This document shows positions 1-13,193 of a stretch of 64,000 nucleotides of DNA, piece by piece; position 1 is the stretch's first letter, and every line of letters starts with the position of its first letter. The stretch comes from Macrostomum lignano (taxonomy: Eukaryota). The stretch is taken from assembly GCA_002269645.1 (NCBI GenBank), contig NIVC01001203.1, forward strand, positions 186,001 to 250,000, in the 5' to 3' direction. The notes beneath the pieces were generated by a model, which ran no database searches, had not been told where the DNA came from, and saw nothing but the letters and a program-made list of their open reading frames with translations. A program made the position numbers and the translations under genes.

Positions 1-3000
1 ACCATCTATTGCCAGGACCTGCACCGGAGCGGTTACGAAAATTAGATTTCTCGGTAGTTGCTCGCACTCTTTTGCACTACTTGAGTAGTCTGATTTTCGT
101 TCGGCAGCTGGTTCCAGCAGGTAGTTCCTCTGGATAAAAGCGCTTACCGCGCCCATTGGCTTTCCAGCTGCCTTAATCGTTTCCGGTGATCTTGTGTGCG
201 TGCATTCAGCTTGATTGGCTGCGGCAAGCAAGCTCGAAAGAGCTCGCTTCGCTCGCTCTTTCTCGCTATCTACCATCTATTGCCAGGACCTGCACCGGAG
301 CGGTTACGAAAATTAGATTTCTCGGTAGTTGCTCGCACTCTTTTGCACTACTTGAGTAGTCTGATTTTCGTTCGGCAGCTGGTTCCAGCAGGTAGTTCCT
401 CTGGATAAAAGCGCTTACCGCGCCCATTGGCTTTCCAGCTGCCTTAATCGTTTCCGGTGATCTTGTGTGCGTGCATTCAGCTTGATTGGCTGCGGCAAGC
501 AAGCTCGAAAGAGCTCGCTTCGCTCGCTCTTTCTCGCTATCTACCATCTATTGCCAGGACCTGCACCGGAGCGGTTACGAAAATTAGATTTCTCGGTAGT
601 TGCTCGCACTCTTTTGCACTACTTGAGTAGTCTGATTTTCGTTCGGCAGCTGGTTCCAGCAGGTAGTTCCTCTGGATAAAAGCGCTTACCGCGCCCATTG
701 GCTTTCCAGCTGCCTTAATCGTTTCCGGTGATCTTGTGTGCGTGCATTCAGCTTGATTGGCTGCGGCAAGCAAGCTCGAAAGAGCTCGCTTCGCTCGCTC
801 TTTCTCGCTATCTACCATCTATTGCCAGGACCTGCACCGGAGCGGTTACGAAAATTAGATTTCTCGGTAGTTGCTCGCACTCTTTTGCACTACTTGAGTA
901 GTCTGATTTTCGTTCGGCAGCTGGTTCCAGCAGGTAGTTCCTCTGGATAAAAGCGCTTACCGCGCCCATTGGCTTTCCAGCTGCCTTAATCGTTTCCGGT
1001 GATCTTGTGTGCGTGCATTCAGCTTGATTGGCTGCGGCAAGCAAGCTCGAAAGAGCTCGCTTCGCTCGCTCTTTCTCGCTATCTACCATCTATTGCCAGG
1101 ACCTGCACCGGAGCGGTTACGAAAATTAGATTTCTCGGTAGTTGCTCGCACTCTTTTGCACTACTTGAGTAGTCTGATTTTCGTTCGGCAGCTGGTTCCA
1201 GCAGGTAGTTCCTCTGGATAAAAGCGCTTACCGCGCCCATTGGCTTTCCAGCTGCCTTAATCGTTTCCGGTGATCTTGTGTGCGTGCATTCAGCTTGATT
1301 GGCTGCGGCAAGCAAGCTCGAAAGAGCTCGCTTCGCTCGCTCTTTCTCGCTATCTACCATCTATTGCCAGGACCTGCACCGGAGCGGTTACGAAAATTAG
1401 ATTTCTCGGTAGTTGCTCGCACTCTTTTGCACTACTTGAGTAGTCTGATTTTCGTTCGGCAGCTGGTTCCAGCAGGTAGTTCCTCTGGATAAAAGCGCTT
1501 ACCGCGCCCATTGGCTTTCCAGCTGCCTTAATCGTTTCCGGTGATCTTGTGTGCGTGCATTCAGCTTGATTGGCTGCGGCAAGCAAGCTCGAAAGAGCTC
1601 GCTTCGCTCGCTCTTTCTCGCTATCTACCATCTATTGCCAGGACCTGCACCGGAGCGGTTACGAAAATTAGATTTCTCGGTAGTTGCTCGCACTCTTTTG
1701 CACTACTTGAGTAGTCTGATTTTCGTTCGGCAGCTGGTTCCAGCAGGTAGTTCCTCTGGATAAAAGCGCTTACCGCGCCCATTGGCTTTCCAGCTGCCTT
1801 AATCGTTTCCGGTGATCTTGTGTGCGTGCATTCAGCTTGATTGGCTGCGGCAAGCAAGCTCGAAAGAGCTCGCTTCGCTCGCTCTTTCTCGCTATCTACC
1901 ATCTATTGCCAGGACCTGCACCGGAGCGGTTACGAAAATTAGATTTCTCGGTAGTTGCTCGCACTCTTTTGCACTACTTGAGTAGTCTGATTTTCGTTCG
2001 GCAGCTGGTTCCAGCAGGTAGTTCCTCTGGATAAAAGCGCTTACCGCGCCCATTGGCTTTCCAGCTGCCTTAATCGTTTCCGGTGATCTTGTGTGCGTGC
2101 ATTCAGCTTGATTGGCTGCGGCAAGCAAGCTCGAAAGAGCTCGCTTCGCTCGCTCTTTCTCGCTATCTACCATCTATTGCCAGGACCTGCACCGGAGCGG
2201 TTACGAAAATTAGATTTCTCGGTAGTTGCTCGCACTCTTTTGCACTACTTGAGTAGTCTGATTTTCGTTCGGCAGCTGGTTCCAGCAGGTAGTTCCTCTG
2301 GATAAAAGCGCTTACCGCGCCCATTGGCTTTCCAGCTGCCTTAATCGTTTCCGGTGATCTTGTGTGCGTGCATTCAGCTTGATTGGCTGCGGCAAGCAAG
2401 CTCGAAAGAGCTCGCTTCGCTCGCTCTTTCTCGCTATCTACCATCTATTGCCAGGACCTGCACCGGAGCGGTTACGAAAATTAGATTTCTCGGTAGTTGC
2501 TCGCACTCTTTTGCACTACTTGAGTAGTCTGATTTTCGTTCGGCAGCTGGTTCCAGCAGGTAGTTCCTCTGGATAAAAGCGCTTACCGCGCCCATTGGCT
2601 TTCCAGCTGCCTTAATCGTTTCCGGTGATCTTGTGTGCGTGCATTCAGCTTGATTGGCTGCGGCAAGCAAGCTCGAAAGAGCTCGCTTCGCTCGCTCTTT
2701 CTCGCTATCTACCATCTATTGCCAGGACCTGCACCGGAGCGGTTACGAAAATTAGATTTCTCGGTAGTTGCTCGCACTCTTTTGCACTACTTGAGTAGTC
2801 TGATTTTCGTTCGGCAGCTGGTTCCAGCAGGTAGTTCCTCTGGATAAAAGCGCTTACCGCGCCCATTGGCTTTCCAGCTGCCTTAATCGTTTCCGGTGAT
2901 CTTGTGTGCGTGCATTCAGCTTGATTGGCTGCGGCAAGCAAGCTCGAAAGAGCTCGCTTCGCTCGCTCTTTCTCGCTATCTACCATCTATTGCCAGGACC

Positions 3001-3246
3001 TGCACCGGAGCGGTTACGAAAATTAGATTTCTCGGTAGTTGCTCGCACTCTTTTGCACTACTTGAGTAGTCTGATTTTCGTTCGGCAGCTGGTTCCAGCA
3101 GGTAGTTCCTCTGGATAAAAGCGCTTACCGCGCCCATTGGCTTTCCAGCTGCCTTAATCGTTTCCGGTGATCTTGTGTGCGTGCATTCAGCTTGATTGGC
3201 TGCGGCAAGCAAGCTCGAAAGAGCTCGCTTCGCTCGCTCTTTCTCG

Positions 3247-3252
<6 letters not shown>
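1..3252. repeat. 271-bp tandem array, 12 full copies visible, truncated by the window start
   Basis: Units start at 1, 272, 543 ... (ACCATCTATTGCCAGG). ORF-track translations recur identically every 271 bp. No inter-copy differences were seen by eye. Confidence 0.98.
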
Positions 3253-3660
<408 letters not shown>

Positions 3661-4357
3661 AAGAGATGGATTCGATCTCAGTGATATTATATGCGGTAGA
3701 CTAGTACGGTTCATTAACTTTGTGAAAACTACAGACAGCAACTGTAGAATATTGATTATGAAGATTTATGTTCAATAATGTCCGGAGCGAAGAGGCGGAG
3801 AGGAGCGAGTGGGCGATCAAGCACAGCCATGCAGGCCCCTAAGCGATGAAGACCCGCATTTTATATTGTATATTGTAAGTATATTGTTGCGAAAATTTAA
3901 AATTTTGAACGGCAGCGGCGCCCTCTCGCGTTGAGCTGCGAAACGTAAATAAAAACACGCTTTATTAGAGATTCCAATAAAACTGCAATCTCTACAGTTC
4001 ATTGAATTCTTCGGCTTTCAGAAACTACCTTCTAAATGACTTGAGAAGACTGTCTGCTTTTCGTTGCACAGCCAATGGGAAGATATTGGGATTAGGTTAT
4101 ACGTTCATTCAAGCCATGCACCCAAAAGAATTTGAGTTATCGGTGGGAACTGGCTACACGTTTTTGTTCCCCTATTTCCATTGCAGGTGATACCAGGTGA
4201 AGACAGGCGAGGATGAAAATCATAGGCAGAATGGCAGGATTGTACAGTCAGGGGAGAGAAACTAAGATGGGGTATGAGTTTGGGGTGGGAAGTTTTAAAT
4301 TCTCTTTGACACAGGGGAAGGCTGTGCACCTGAAGTCAGAATGTAGACACTTGTGCG

Positions 4358-4363
4358 TATAAA
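4358..4363 (+). promoter_or_regulatory. Candidate TATA box of glycosyltransferase copy 1
   Basis: TATAAA 187 bp upstream of the ATG. The surrounding sequence (TATAAATGT.C.CAGGG..GCAT.TCATGA) is conserved upstream of copy 2 at ~12770. Confidence 0.45.
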
Positions 4364-4544
4364 TGTACTCAGGGAAGCATTTCATGAGTCTCAACACTTC
4401 CGTGTGCACACAATAGGCTGCTGTAGCTGTTGGTTTGGCTCAGCTAGAATTATTAGTCAAGAGCATGGACACATTTACCTAATTTGTGGACGAAATTTGT
4501 TTAAAGTCTGTCATCATCATTACGCAAGCGCGAACACATCCGAA

Positions 4545-6081
4545 ATGCTAGTCCGCAGCAAGCGGAGAACAATAGTATCCGGGACTGTCCTCCTGATGCT
4601 TGGCTACGCAGGCCTTTCTCTAATGGCGTCACTGTTTGAAGATTTAAGTATCGACGGTGTGATTCTCGAACAAACTACTGACATGTTTCCGTCCGCGCTG
4701 CACACTTTCTTACCGACTGTCTGTGCAAACGAGAGCTGCAGGCGACATTATGAAAATCACATGAGCGCAAGCGACACTCTCCCGATACCGAAAATTCGGC
4801 ACATTCTCTGGCGCAATGAGTTCATATCCGACTACTTCGCTCAGCAACTAAAATCTTGGCAGAGAATTCATCCCGACTGGACCTACGTGCTGTGGCGCGA
4901 CCAAGACCTGGAGCCATTCGTGGCGGCGAACTTCCCTGAACTACTGGACAAGTTCAGGTCGCTGGAGCTGAAAATCATGCGGATCGATATGATTCGCTAC
5001 ATGCTACTGCTCAAGGTATGTCGAAAATCGCTGCAAAAATAATTTTAAAAATCGGTTTTCTCCTTTGAATATCCTCGAGTACATATAGTTTAATGAATTC
5101 TGCTAAACTTCAATCAGAGGTGGATCGTCTAAAACTAATCACGCCATGTTCACACCTTACACACAGGAATTAAGTCAGTCATAATGCCTTCTTGCTTCCT
5201 CGTCATGGCTGATGAACGGCAATAAATATTTACCCATGTATCACTACTGATACACTGTAAATGTATGTGGGACAGACCTGCATGCACCTGGTTGTCGTGC
5301 GTTGCTACACCTAACATAACAAATTACATATGTCGAACTACCTTGCTGTGATATTTGAATTCGTGCAATGGCCCTGAAAAAATCCTAATTCAAATCGTGA
5401 CAGTTCGGCGGCGTGTACGCGGACCTGGACTACAAGCTGGTGCGAAGTCTGGACGAGTTTCGTCGCTTCTACGCGGTGGTCACTCGCGAGCCAGAGACGC
5501 ACTCGCTGCAGCTGTTCGGGCCTCACTGGCCGATAAGACCTGCGGCCAGTCCGGCCTTCCTCATGTCTGCGCCTGGACACATTTTCTTCAGATTTGTGCT
5601 CAAGCAGCTGTCAAAGAGAAAAATTAGCGAAGACATACTCGCCTTTGCCGGACCTGAAGGTCTGACGATCACTTTGGAGCAGTACCAGATACGTTACCCG
5701 CTGACGAACAACCCACTCGCAGGGGTGTACGTTCCGCCTTCGTTCAGCTTCTACCCGTACGAGAACAACTCTCTGGACGGTGTGTCGAAACATTTTAAGG
5801 ACTATCGAATTTTGAAGCTAGGCAAAAGTTGCAGCAAATTGGCTTGGTGGATTGACCCCAGAATGTACTTTCTTCGGAAGGTGAAAAACCTGACGCAGCT
5901 GTGCTCAGACATGACTAAATTCAACGCGGTTACGGACTCGTCACCGCCTGTGTACGCCATTCACGACATGCGAAAGAGCGGGACGAGCTGGGGTATCACT
6001 CACACACCGGAGTATTTTGCCAACCTGACAGAGATGGCAAAAATTGTGAAAAACTTCAGGCTGGGTGGCAGTTTGTTATAG
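4545..6081 (+). CDS. DXD-motif glycosyltransferase (GT32 / Gly_transf_sug, SUR1/Och1-like), type II membrane protein, copy 1; exons 4545-5015 and 5404-6081, 382 aa
   Basis: N-terminal TM anchor and IPKIRHILW...SWQRIHPDWTYVLW...RIDMIRY. Phase-0 GT-AG intron (AAG|GTATGT ... GACAG|TTC) joins to give LLKFGGVYADLDY, the family DXD signature. Confidence 0.88.
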
Positions 6082-6118
6082 TATGAATTCCACTTTTATA
6101 TGAACGTAAATTTCTGTG

Positions 6119-6362
6119 ATGGACTCACGACTTGAAGGTCGGGGGTTCGATTCAGGATCCTGCACTGGAACAATTTGTGTCACTTAACAACTATGCATTG
6201 CATCAGGTCACCCAGCTGTAAAATGGGTGCCAGCATTAGCTGGGGCCGGTAATTGAGGGTGGAGGTGGCAACCCCCCCCCCCCAGGCGATGGACTGAACA
6301 GCCGTACGCAGCCGTCAGATGCGCCGCTCAATAGCTGCGGTGTAATTAATGACTAAATAATT
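6119..6362 (+). mobile_element. tRNA-derived CORE-like SINE, 5'-truncated
   Basis: B box GGTTCGATTC, CORE-like ...CACTTAAC...CAGCTGTAAAATGGG; homologous to five other copies in the window. Confidence 0.8.
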
Positions 6363-7234
6363 ATTAAAACTTTATTCCTTAAAGGCAGATTTTACTGTTT
6401 CATCAATGCTATGTCATATCTTGTATTAGTTTTAGTTTTAGTTTCCTTTTTGATGGATTATGATATTCACGCAGTTTACCTGTTATACTAGTATTACTGT
6501 GCTTATGTTTGCTGTTTTTTTACCTTTAAGAGTTTCGCAATATAATTAAGCCAGTTTTCTACAGTTTTTATGGTTGCATGCACTATCTCTAGCCACATCA
6601 TGATTATGTTTTTTCCTTTGTTACTTAAGCTTTTCTACTTACTAGTAAACATGTATTTATTCATAGCTTGGTCGTGAAACTCATAATCTTAAGCCCATTT
6701 TTGATTATAACATGTACGCTATATGCTGAAAAAGCATTTGTCTCTCTATAATATCGAGTATATAATACAGAGGTACATAGTAGACTGAGCAGCCATGCAC
6801 AGTCAAGATGAACTTAGTAGGTGGGAAAGTGGGGTGAGAGATTTCATTGCATGCATATAAACACAGACATAAACACAACACATCTACAGTGCATCACATG
6901 TATCAAAAGAGTATGAAGGTTTCGGCCTCTCCTAAAGCCTTTGATCGAATCAAGCTTTATTGAGCCTCAGAGTGATGAGGAGGCTGATGAGGTGTGACAG
7001 GCGATGTCGGTCGTCTGACCGTGAGGCTGCGTGACACTTAACACTGCATTGGCACTTCATCATTGTGACACAGAGTCCAGGCCATCGGAGATCCTCTCCA
7101 ATTCATGGGTGATGGTGGACGTATGAACCTCTTAAAGATACTCTTGGGACTCTTATTGGACCTAAATTTACGTTGGTTTCAAAGACTATTTTTTGGGCGA
7201 TGTGATAACATTTGGGTCTTTTGAGCCCCCCCTC

Positions 7235-7555
7235 TTAGTGAGCGCCCCTATCTCTTGGTTTTTGCCCCTGTCTCTTGTTGAGTATTTTTGTTTCTTGGTT
7301 GGCGCCCCTATCTCTTAATGGGTGCTTCTGTCTCGTGGCATGCACCCCGTCTCTTTGTGGGCGACCCTGTTTCTTACTGGGCGCCCCTGTCTCTAAGTGT
7401 GCGTCCCTATCTTTTGGTGGGCGCCACTGTCTCTTTGTGGGCGCCAATGTCTCTTGGTTGGTGCCCCTGTCTCTAGGTGGGCACCCCTGTCTTTTTTTGA
7501 CCCTTTGTTGGGTTCTGACCCCATGCGCTTGCCTCTTATTTAGGGCCATCTAACT
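7235..7555. repeat. Degenerate ~21-bp minisatellite (GGCGCCCCTGTCTCTTGGT-like)
   Basis: Direct reading; paralogous array at 16065-16330. Confidence 0.85.
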
Positions 7556-7804
7556 CTGATACCCATTCTTGCATGATTTTGGCTTACTAGACTTAAAAAA
7601 TTACTATCTCTTTGCATCTATATTTTTGCCTGACGATGCCGATTGTTCGGCGAAACATGTCGCGCGAAGATTAATAAATTGTAATTTCGTATTATTAAAG
7701 AAAAATGCGAATGTTCGTTTTTGCTTTCGTTTCCCTGGCTTTCCTCAAACGATGTACCTTACCTCGACTCTACTTTGAAAAAATTAATGTTATAATCATA
7801 TTTA

Positions 7805-10800
7805 GTACGCCGGGTCTGTTGCCCCCAGGACCCCGGGTCCTGCACAAAATTGCGTGGTGAACAATCTGTGGCCTCTTTCCCAGCCAGCGACGCTCACACC
7901 TGCCTCTCCTGGCGGGCTGATAGCTCAAGAGACTCTGTCTCCTGATTGTCATCTTGCAAGGCACACTTCGAAGGATACTCGTCCCATGGGTGTTAAGGCA
8001 GGCCTTCTCGGGCCTTGCCGAGCTGATTCGTTGGCGCCGGATCCTGGTGTGACCATATAAACGCACCCTCTAATGTTCCAGCGTAACTCCGTGCTGATGG
8101 ACGCTTGGCCAGGGATTTGTCTGGTCGCTAACGGTTCCCCTGGGCTCTTGGGTCCCCCCGCAGGGTGGTATTTTGCTTTTTGGGGGCCTGCCGCTTGGTT
8201 TGGGGTTGCGGCCTTGCGGCCTTGCGGCTCTTTGCCTGTTTTCTGCAGTAAGTCCCACTTTTTTACTTCCAGCCAATGGCTTCTAGCCGAAGTACCCTAC
8301 CGGCTGTGGATGACACAGTGCCTCCGGCCTCGGCTGGGGCCGTGGACTCCGCGGCCATACCATCTGCTACCATCAGGGACGCCTCGGCGAGACCCGTGGA
8401 GCAAACTCTGAGCGGTGCCTCCGAGAAGACACCTGCTACTCCAGCTGCCAAGCAGCTGAGCACCACCTCTGGAGCTGCCCGCCGTCGACTTAACAAGGCG
8501 AGGCGGGCCAAGGAGGGCGGAAGACTAACCGGCGCCAGGGGCCAACGGCCCGGGGCAGCGGAAGCTTCCCAATCTGGGGCGGCGGCGGAACAGGGCCTTG
8601 AGCCCACTGAAGTCACTGCCCAGGATAGGGAGGCTGATGCAGCCGGGAGGGTCGACAGCCCACCTGAAGATGGCTCCACTGACCCCCGGACCTCCTACGC
8701 TGATGCGGCAAAGAGGCAACCGGCGGTTGTCATCCTGAAGAAGGACACGCGCCTGTTCCCCGACCAGCTGAAGCAGGTGAGAGGTGCTGTTGATCGCCCT
8801 CCTGTGGAAGCTTACTCTGAAGGGAACGCCTCTAAACATTCACTCGAATGCGACGAGGGACTCTTGCCTTCTTATTTGTCCCAGTGATGCTGAATCGGGA
8901 CGGCGGCACCTTGAGCTGCTGCCTGAGCCGAGCTGGGACCTCAACCTAGCCTTCTGCAGAGAGGACGAGCGCTCCCGGACCAAGAGGCATCGAATCTGGG
9001 TTCCGGCCAGGAGCGTCGTTACCTCTACTGATGAGCTCCGGAAAGGAATGCTAGCAGTCAACCGGATCTGGTCTTCGTGCAGGAGCCCTGGATGACTAAA
9101 GGTAAGCCAAATAACGTACCATCTGGCTACCACTGCTTTTGCATGGCGGACTCTCAGCCTCGCCCAAGATCTCTGGTCTTTGCTGCTAAAGCTTTTGAGG
9201 CATGGATGAGACCTGATCTCTCGACCGAGGACATCTGTGTTATTCAAATCAATAACCTCCTTCCCAATAAACCTGTACTGGCAGCATCTGCCTGTTTCCT
9301 AGGCGATACCCAGTAGTCTGCGACGCGCTAGTCACCTTATTGACTACGCCGCGTCCCGTCACTTCGAACTGCTCATTGCAGGGGATGTGAACGCGCACCA
9401 CAAGCATTGGGGCAGCAAGAATAACAACACAGAGGCGAGGAGCTGCTGGCCTATGTCAGCAGCACTAACCTCAACTTCTGTAACATGGGCAATGCACCAA
9501 CGTTCAATAATGGGCGGTGGGCCAAGTCATCGACACCACCATCGCCTCACCCGGACTTCTGTCCACAGTAACAGGCTGGCGAGTGTGGGACGAGGACTCG
9601 CTCTCGGACCACCGTTTTATCCGCTTTTGCATTGGGCCGACCAAGCAAAAGCCTAAGGTCACTTGGAGTCGGAACGTCAGAAATACCGATTGGGCAGCGT
9701 TTGGCTCGAAGCTGAGCCGCGGTCTACGGGATCTTGACACCCCCAGTGACCTCTCTGACTGCCAGGTGGTGGATGATCTCGCCTCCTCCCTGGGCGGGGC
9801 GATCACCACTGCCTTTGAAGCAGCCTGCCCTCTAAAAGCCTACAAAGGCAAGAAATCTGCTCCCTGGTGGAACCCAGAGCTCGGGGCCCTTCGGCGCCGA
9901 GCCAGGACCCTCCAAATGTGAGCGCTCAAAACCAAAGACCCATCTGATAGAGAGGCCTATACCCGTGCGATCCACGAGTTTAAGGGCCAAGTCAGAAGGG
10001 CCAAGACGACCAAGTGGCGCCAATATAGCGAAGTGCTTGAGGGCTCTCGCCCCGTAGCCCGCGAGGTAAAGGCACTCACGAACGACCGTTTTTCTAAACT
10101 CTCTGTGGTGAAGAGACCTGGTCACAGAGAGCTCTGAAGCAACTCTAGAGCTCATGCTCAATAGTTTCTCCCTAAATCTCCTACTCAGAAGGGCCCGCCT
10201 GACCACTCCGTGGGAGGGCAAGGCCTAGCGAAGTCAATGATCACCAAAGACCGCATTATTAGAGCAGCAAGGTCCTTTAACCCGTTCAAGGCGCCTGGGC
10301 CCGACGGCATCTACCCAGCGTTCTTGCACGAGGCGGTGAAAACCACCGCTTTCTGGACCTCCTCTGTCGTCTCCTCCGAGCTTGGGTGGAGCTGGGCTAT
10401 GTACCAGTTGCGTGGAGAGAGGCCCGGGTGGTCTTCATCCCCAAGCCTGGAAAGAGCGACTACCAATCGGTGAAGGCCTTCAGGCCTATCAGCCTCACCT
10501 CTTTCTGCCTTAAGCTTCTCGAAAGACTGGTGCTTTGGCGCCTACTTTCGGTCGAGCTGAAGTGCTTCCTACTCTCGCAGAACCAGCACGCCTTCCGCGC
10601 GGGCAGGTCTACCGAGAGTGCCCTTCATGTCATTGTTGACTTCCTGGAGAGGGCCGTTCTTGGCAGCGGCTTTGCTCTCTCGCTTTTCCTCGACATTGAG
10701 GGGCCTTCGACAACGTCACCTTCGAGGCCTTTTGCAGAGCCCTGGAATCCAGGGCCACGCACCCTCACCTTGTCCGGTGGATCATGTTCATGATCCGGAA

Positions 10801-11950
10801 CCGCACTGTTGTGGCCCACCTGAACGGCAGCTCTCTTACGGCGCCTGTCCAGAAAGGGGGCCCCCAGGGCGGGGTTCTCACCCCCGTTCTCTGGAACATG
10901 GTCATGGATGAGTTGCTTTGCAGTGATCTCCATGACCCCATTCTCAAGGTGGGCTATGCCGATGATGTGAACGTGATATGCGCGGGCCCCTCGGTTGATA
11001 CCATGTCAGAGATCTTCTGCAGGTCTTTCTGGGACTAACGGAGCGTTGGGCAAACCAATGTGGCCTTAGACTCTCAGAGTCGAAAACCACAGCGGCCATG
11101 TTTACCAACATACTGCTCTGGACCATTAAGCCCCTCACCCTCTATGGAAAGGATATTTCCATGGAGAAGCAGGTCCGCTGCCTGGGCCTCACTCTAGACC
11201 ACAGGCTTAACTGGACTCCGCACATTCAAACAAAAACTAAAAAAGCCCTGGCTGTCCTGGCTCAGATCAGGGGCGCCGTGGGCATCACCTGGGGACTCAC
11301 CCCCAGGAAGCTGTGGTGGATTTACACTGTCATTATCCGCCCCTCGATCAGTGGGCATCGTGTGGGCCAGCGGTCTGAGCGTCAAGAGCAACCTCGACGC
11401 TCTCTAAAAAATCCAGGGCAGGGCCTGCCGCATGACTATGGGCGCTCCACCCTCTTCTCCTTTTGAAGGCATGAATGCCTTCCTCTGTGCCCCTCCTCTG
11501 GATATTTATATCAAAGGAGAGGCGGCGAAGAGCACCCGGCGTCTTCTGGATGCTGGGGTGGCCTTCAAGAAAGTGCGGGCCTTTAAGAAGCGGTCACTTA
11601 TCCCGCACTCTGACCTCTGCCTCAAGACTCTCGAGGAGTGTGGCGGGCTCGACATCCTCACGGACTCGATCCCAGCCATCCTTCTCCTGAGCCAAAAGTA
11701 TAAGGTCACTATTCAGCCTCGACACGAGGCGAGTGACAGCTGGAGCGATTCTGAAGTCCACTGTTACACTGACGGCTCTATGAGGCATGGTCTTTCAGGT
11801 TTTCAGAGCTTGCGTCTTTTTCAAGGGAGATGTGGTGTGGAGCTACTCCCAGCACACTGGGCTCAATTCCAGTGTTTTTCAGAGCGAGGTGCTCGCCATC
11901 AGCTCCTGCGCGGCAGAGCTGCGCCGAAGGCAGCTTAGCGGTCGGAACTA
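7805..11950 (+). mobile_element. Decayed non-LTR retrotransposon (APE + RT + RNase H; LOA/I-group-like), many frameshifts, 3' end missing
   Basis: Across frames: DLVFVQEPW, GDVNAHHKHWGS, SDHRFI, APWWNPEL (APE/linker); APGPDGI, FIPKPGK, FRPISLTS, QHAFRAGRST, GPQGGVLTPVLWN, GYADD (RT); YTDGS, SVFQSEVLAI (RNase H). Ends approximate. Confidence 0.88.
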
Positions 11951-12177
11951 GCACGGGAAGCCATTGGTCGCAATGATTTTAGCAGTTTTCGCACATATTT
12001 CTGCTCTCACTGCTTCCCAACGCCTCTATCAAAAATCATAAGTCGCATGTCGCTACAAAGATAACCTTTATTTCTTTGTGGGGATGACTTTGATTTATCT
12101 GGACTCAGGGCAGGTTGTGCAAAAAAGTCGTAATTAAATGTACCTACACGCGTACTATGTAGCCACATATGCAACTA

Positions 12178-12769
12178 TACTGTCCGTCAAAAGTTCCGGA
12201 ACCCTTGCTACGATGTCTTCTAGCGGACATAATTTCAGTCCGTTTCAATTGTAACTTGATTCAAATGAAAGCTGCGGATCTCAGCTCCATGATGTGGTCA
12301 AGAAAAAGTTTATTCGAAGGAGCGCGTGTGAACAGCCCAGTGTTATGTACATAAAGGTTAGAGAAAAAAAGTGAGGAAAAGACAAACAAGCAATTGTCTA
12401 TGGTTGCTGAGTCTATGGAGCAAACACACATGGGAAGGAATCGGTTTGCGCGCAGTGTTCAGCCTGGCTAACATTGGTCTATGGCCAAAACTTGTGTTGA
12501 AATCAACAGGCTCTTATGGATTCTTGTGCAGTCAGCTTTCATGGGAGAGTCAATTGCTTGTTTGTCTTTTCCTCACTTTTTTTCTCTAACCTTTATGTAC
12601 ATAACACTGGGCTGTTCACACGCGCTCCTTCGAATAAACTTTTTCTTGCCCACATCATAGAGCTGAGATCCGCAGCTTTCATTTGAATCAAGTTACAATT
12701 GAAACGGACTGAAATTATGTCCGCTAGAAGACATCGTAGCAAGGGTTCCGGAACTTTTGACGGACAGTA
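12178..12769. mobile_element. 592-bp MITE, Tc1/mariner-type, ~220-bp terminal inverted repeats, TA target-site duplication
   Basis: Arms 12176-12396 and 12551-12771 are near-perfect reverse complements (TACTGTCCGTCAAAAG...). TA flanks both ends. The paralogous empty site at ~4350-4365 confirms the boundaries. Confidence 0.92.
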
Positions 12770-13193
12770 TATAAATGTCCACAGGGCGGCATCTCATGAT
12801 TTTCAATAATTCTATCTATACACAATAGTGAGGTAGGCGTTGGTTGGTTTGAAGCACAGAATATTCTGTGGTTTGAAGTGGCTCTCGATCGCGGTGCCAG
12901 TTAGAAAAAGAAAAGTGCGCTTGCTTATTTCTCACAGCCAGTTGGCGGCTTCTCGACTGTAACGAGAGGCGTACAAATTAGAAGTGGCCATAGACAAAAG
13001 ATGCGGTTGTCTCTAGCCGCCACAGACTTCAGCTAAAATTATTTTTCGAGAGCAAAGATGCCTCCTTTCCTTTGTGGCCGTAGACGAAAGTCATTTGAAA
13101 TACTTGGTTCGACCACTTCACTTCGCGTTGAATCACAAACGTACGAGCAAAAGCATCGCGGACTAAGGATAGTCCGCTTTACCATCATTTGAA

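Noticed and set aside
1-271. Hammerhead or twister ribozyme in the 271-bp unit
   Set aside because: No CUGANGA on either strand in register with a GAAA. The GGATAAAAG resemblance to twister is not followed by the required GAGGG-type strand.
6960-7025. TGATGA...CTGA as a C/D snoRNA, or CTGATGAG as a hammerhead core (also 15670-15840)
   Set aside because: Not intronic, no terminal stem, no downstream GAAA; in copy 1 the arrangement results from a ~190-bp deletion relative to copy 2.
7805-8275. HDV-like ribozyme in the LINE 5' leader (known in some LOA/R2/RTE elements)
   Set aside because: Several hairpins and a GCTAA exist, but I could not fit P1-P2-P3-P1.1-P4 with a CC-containing L3. A covariance search would be needed.
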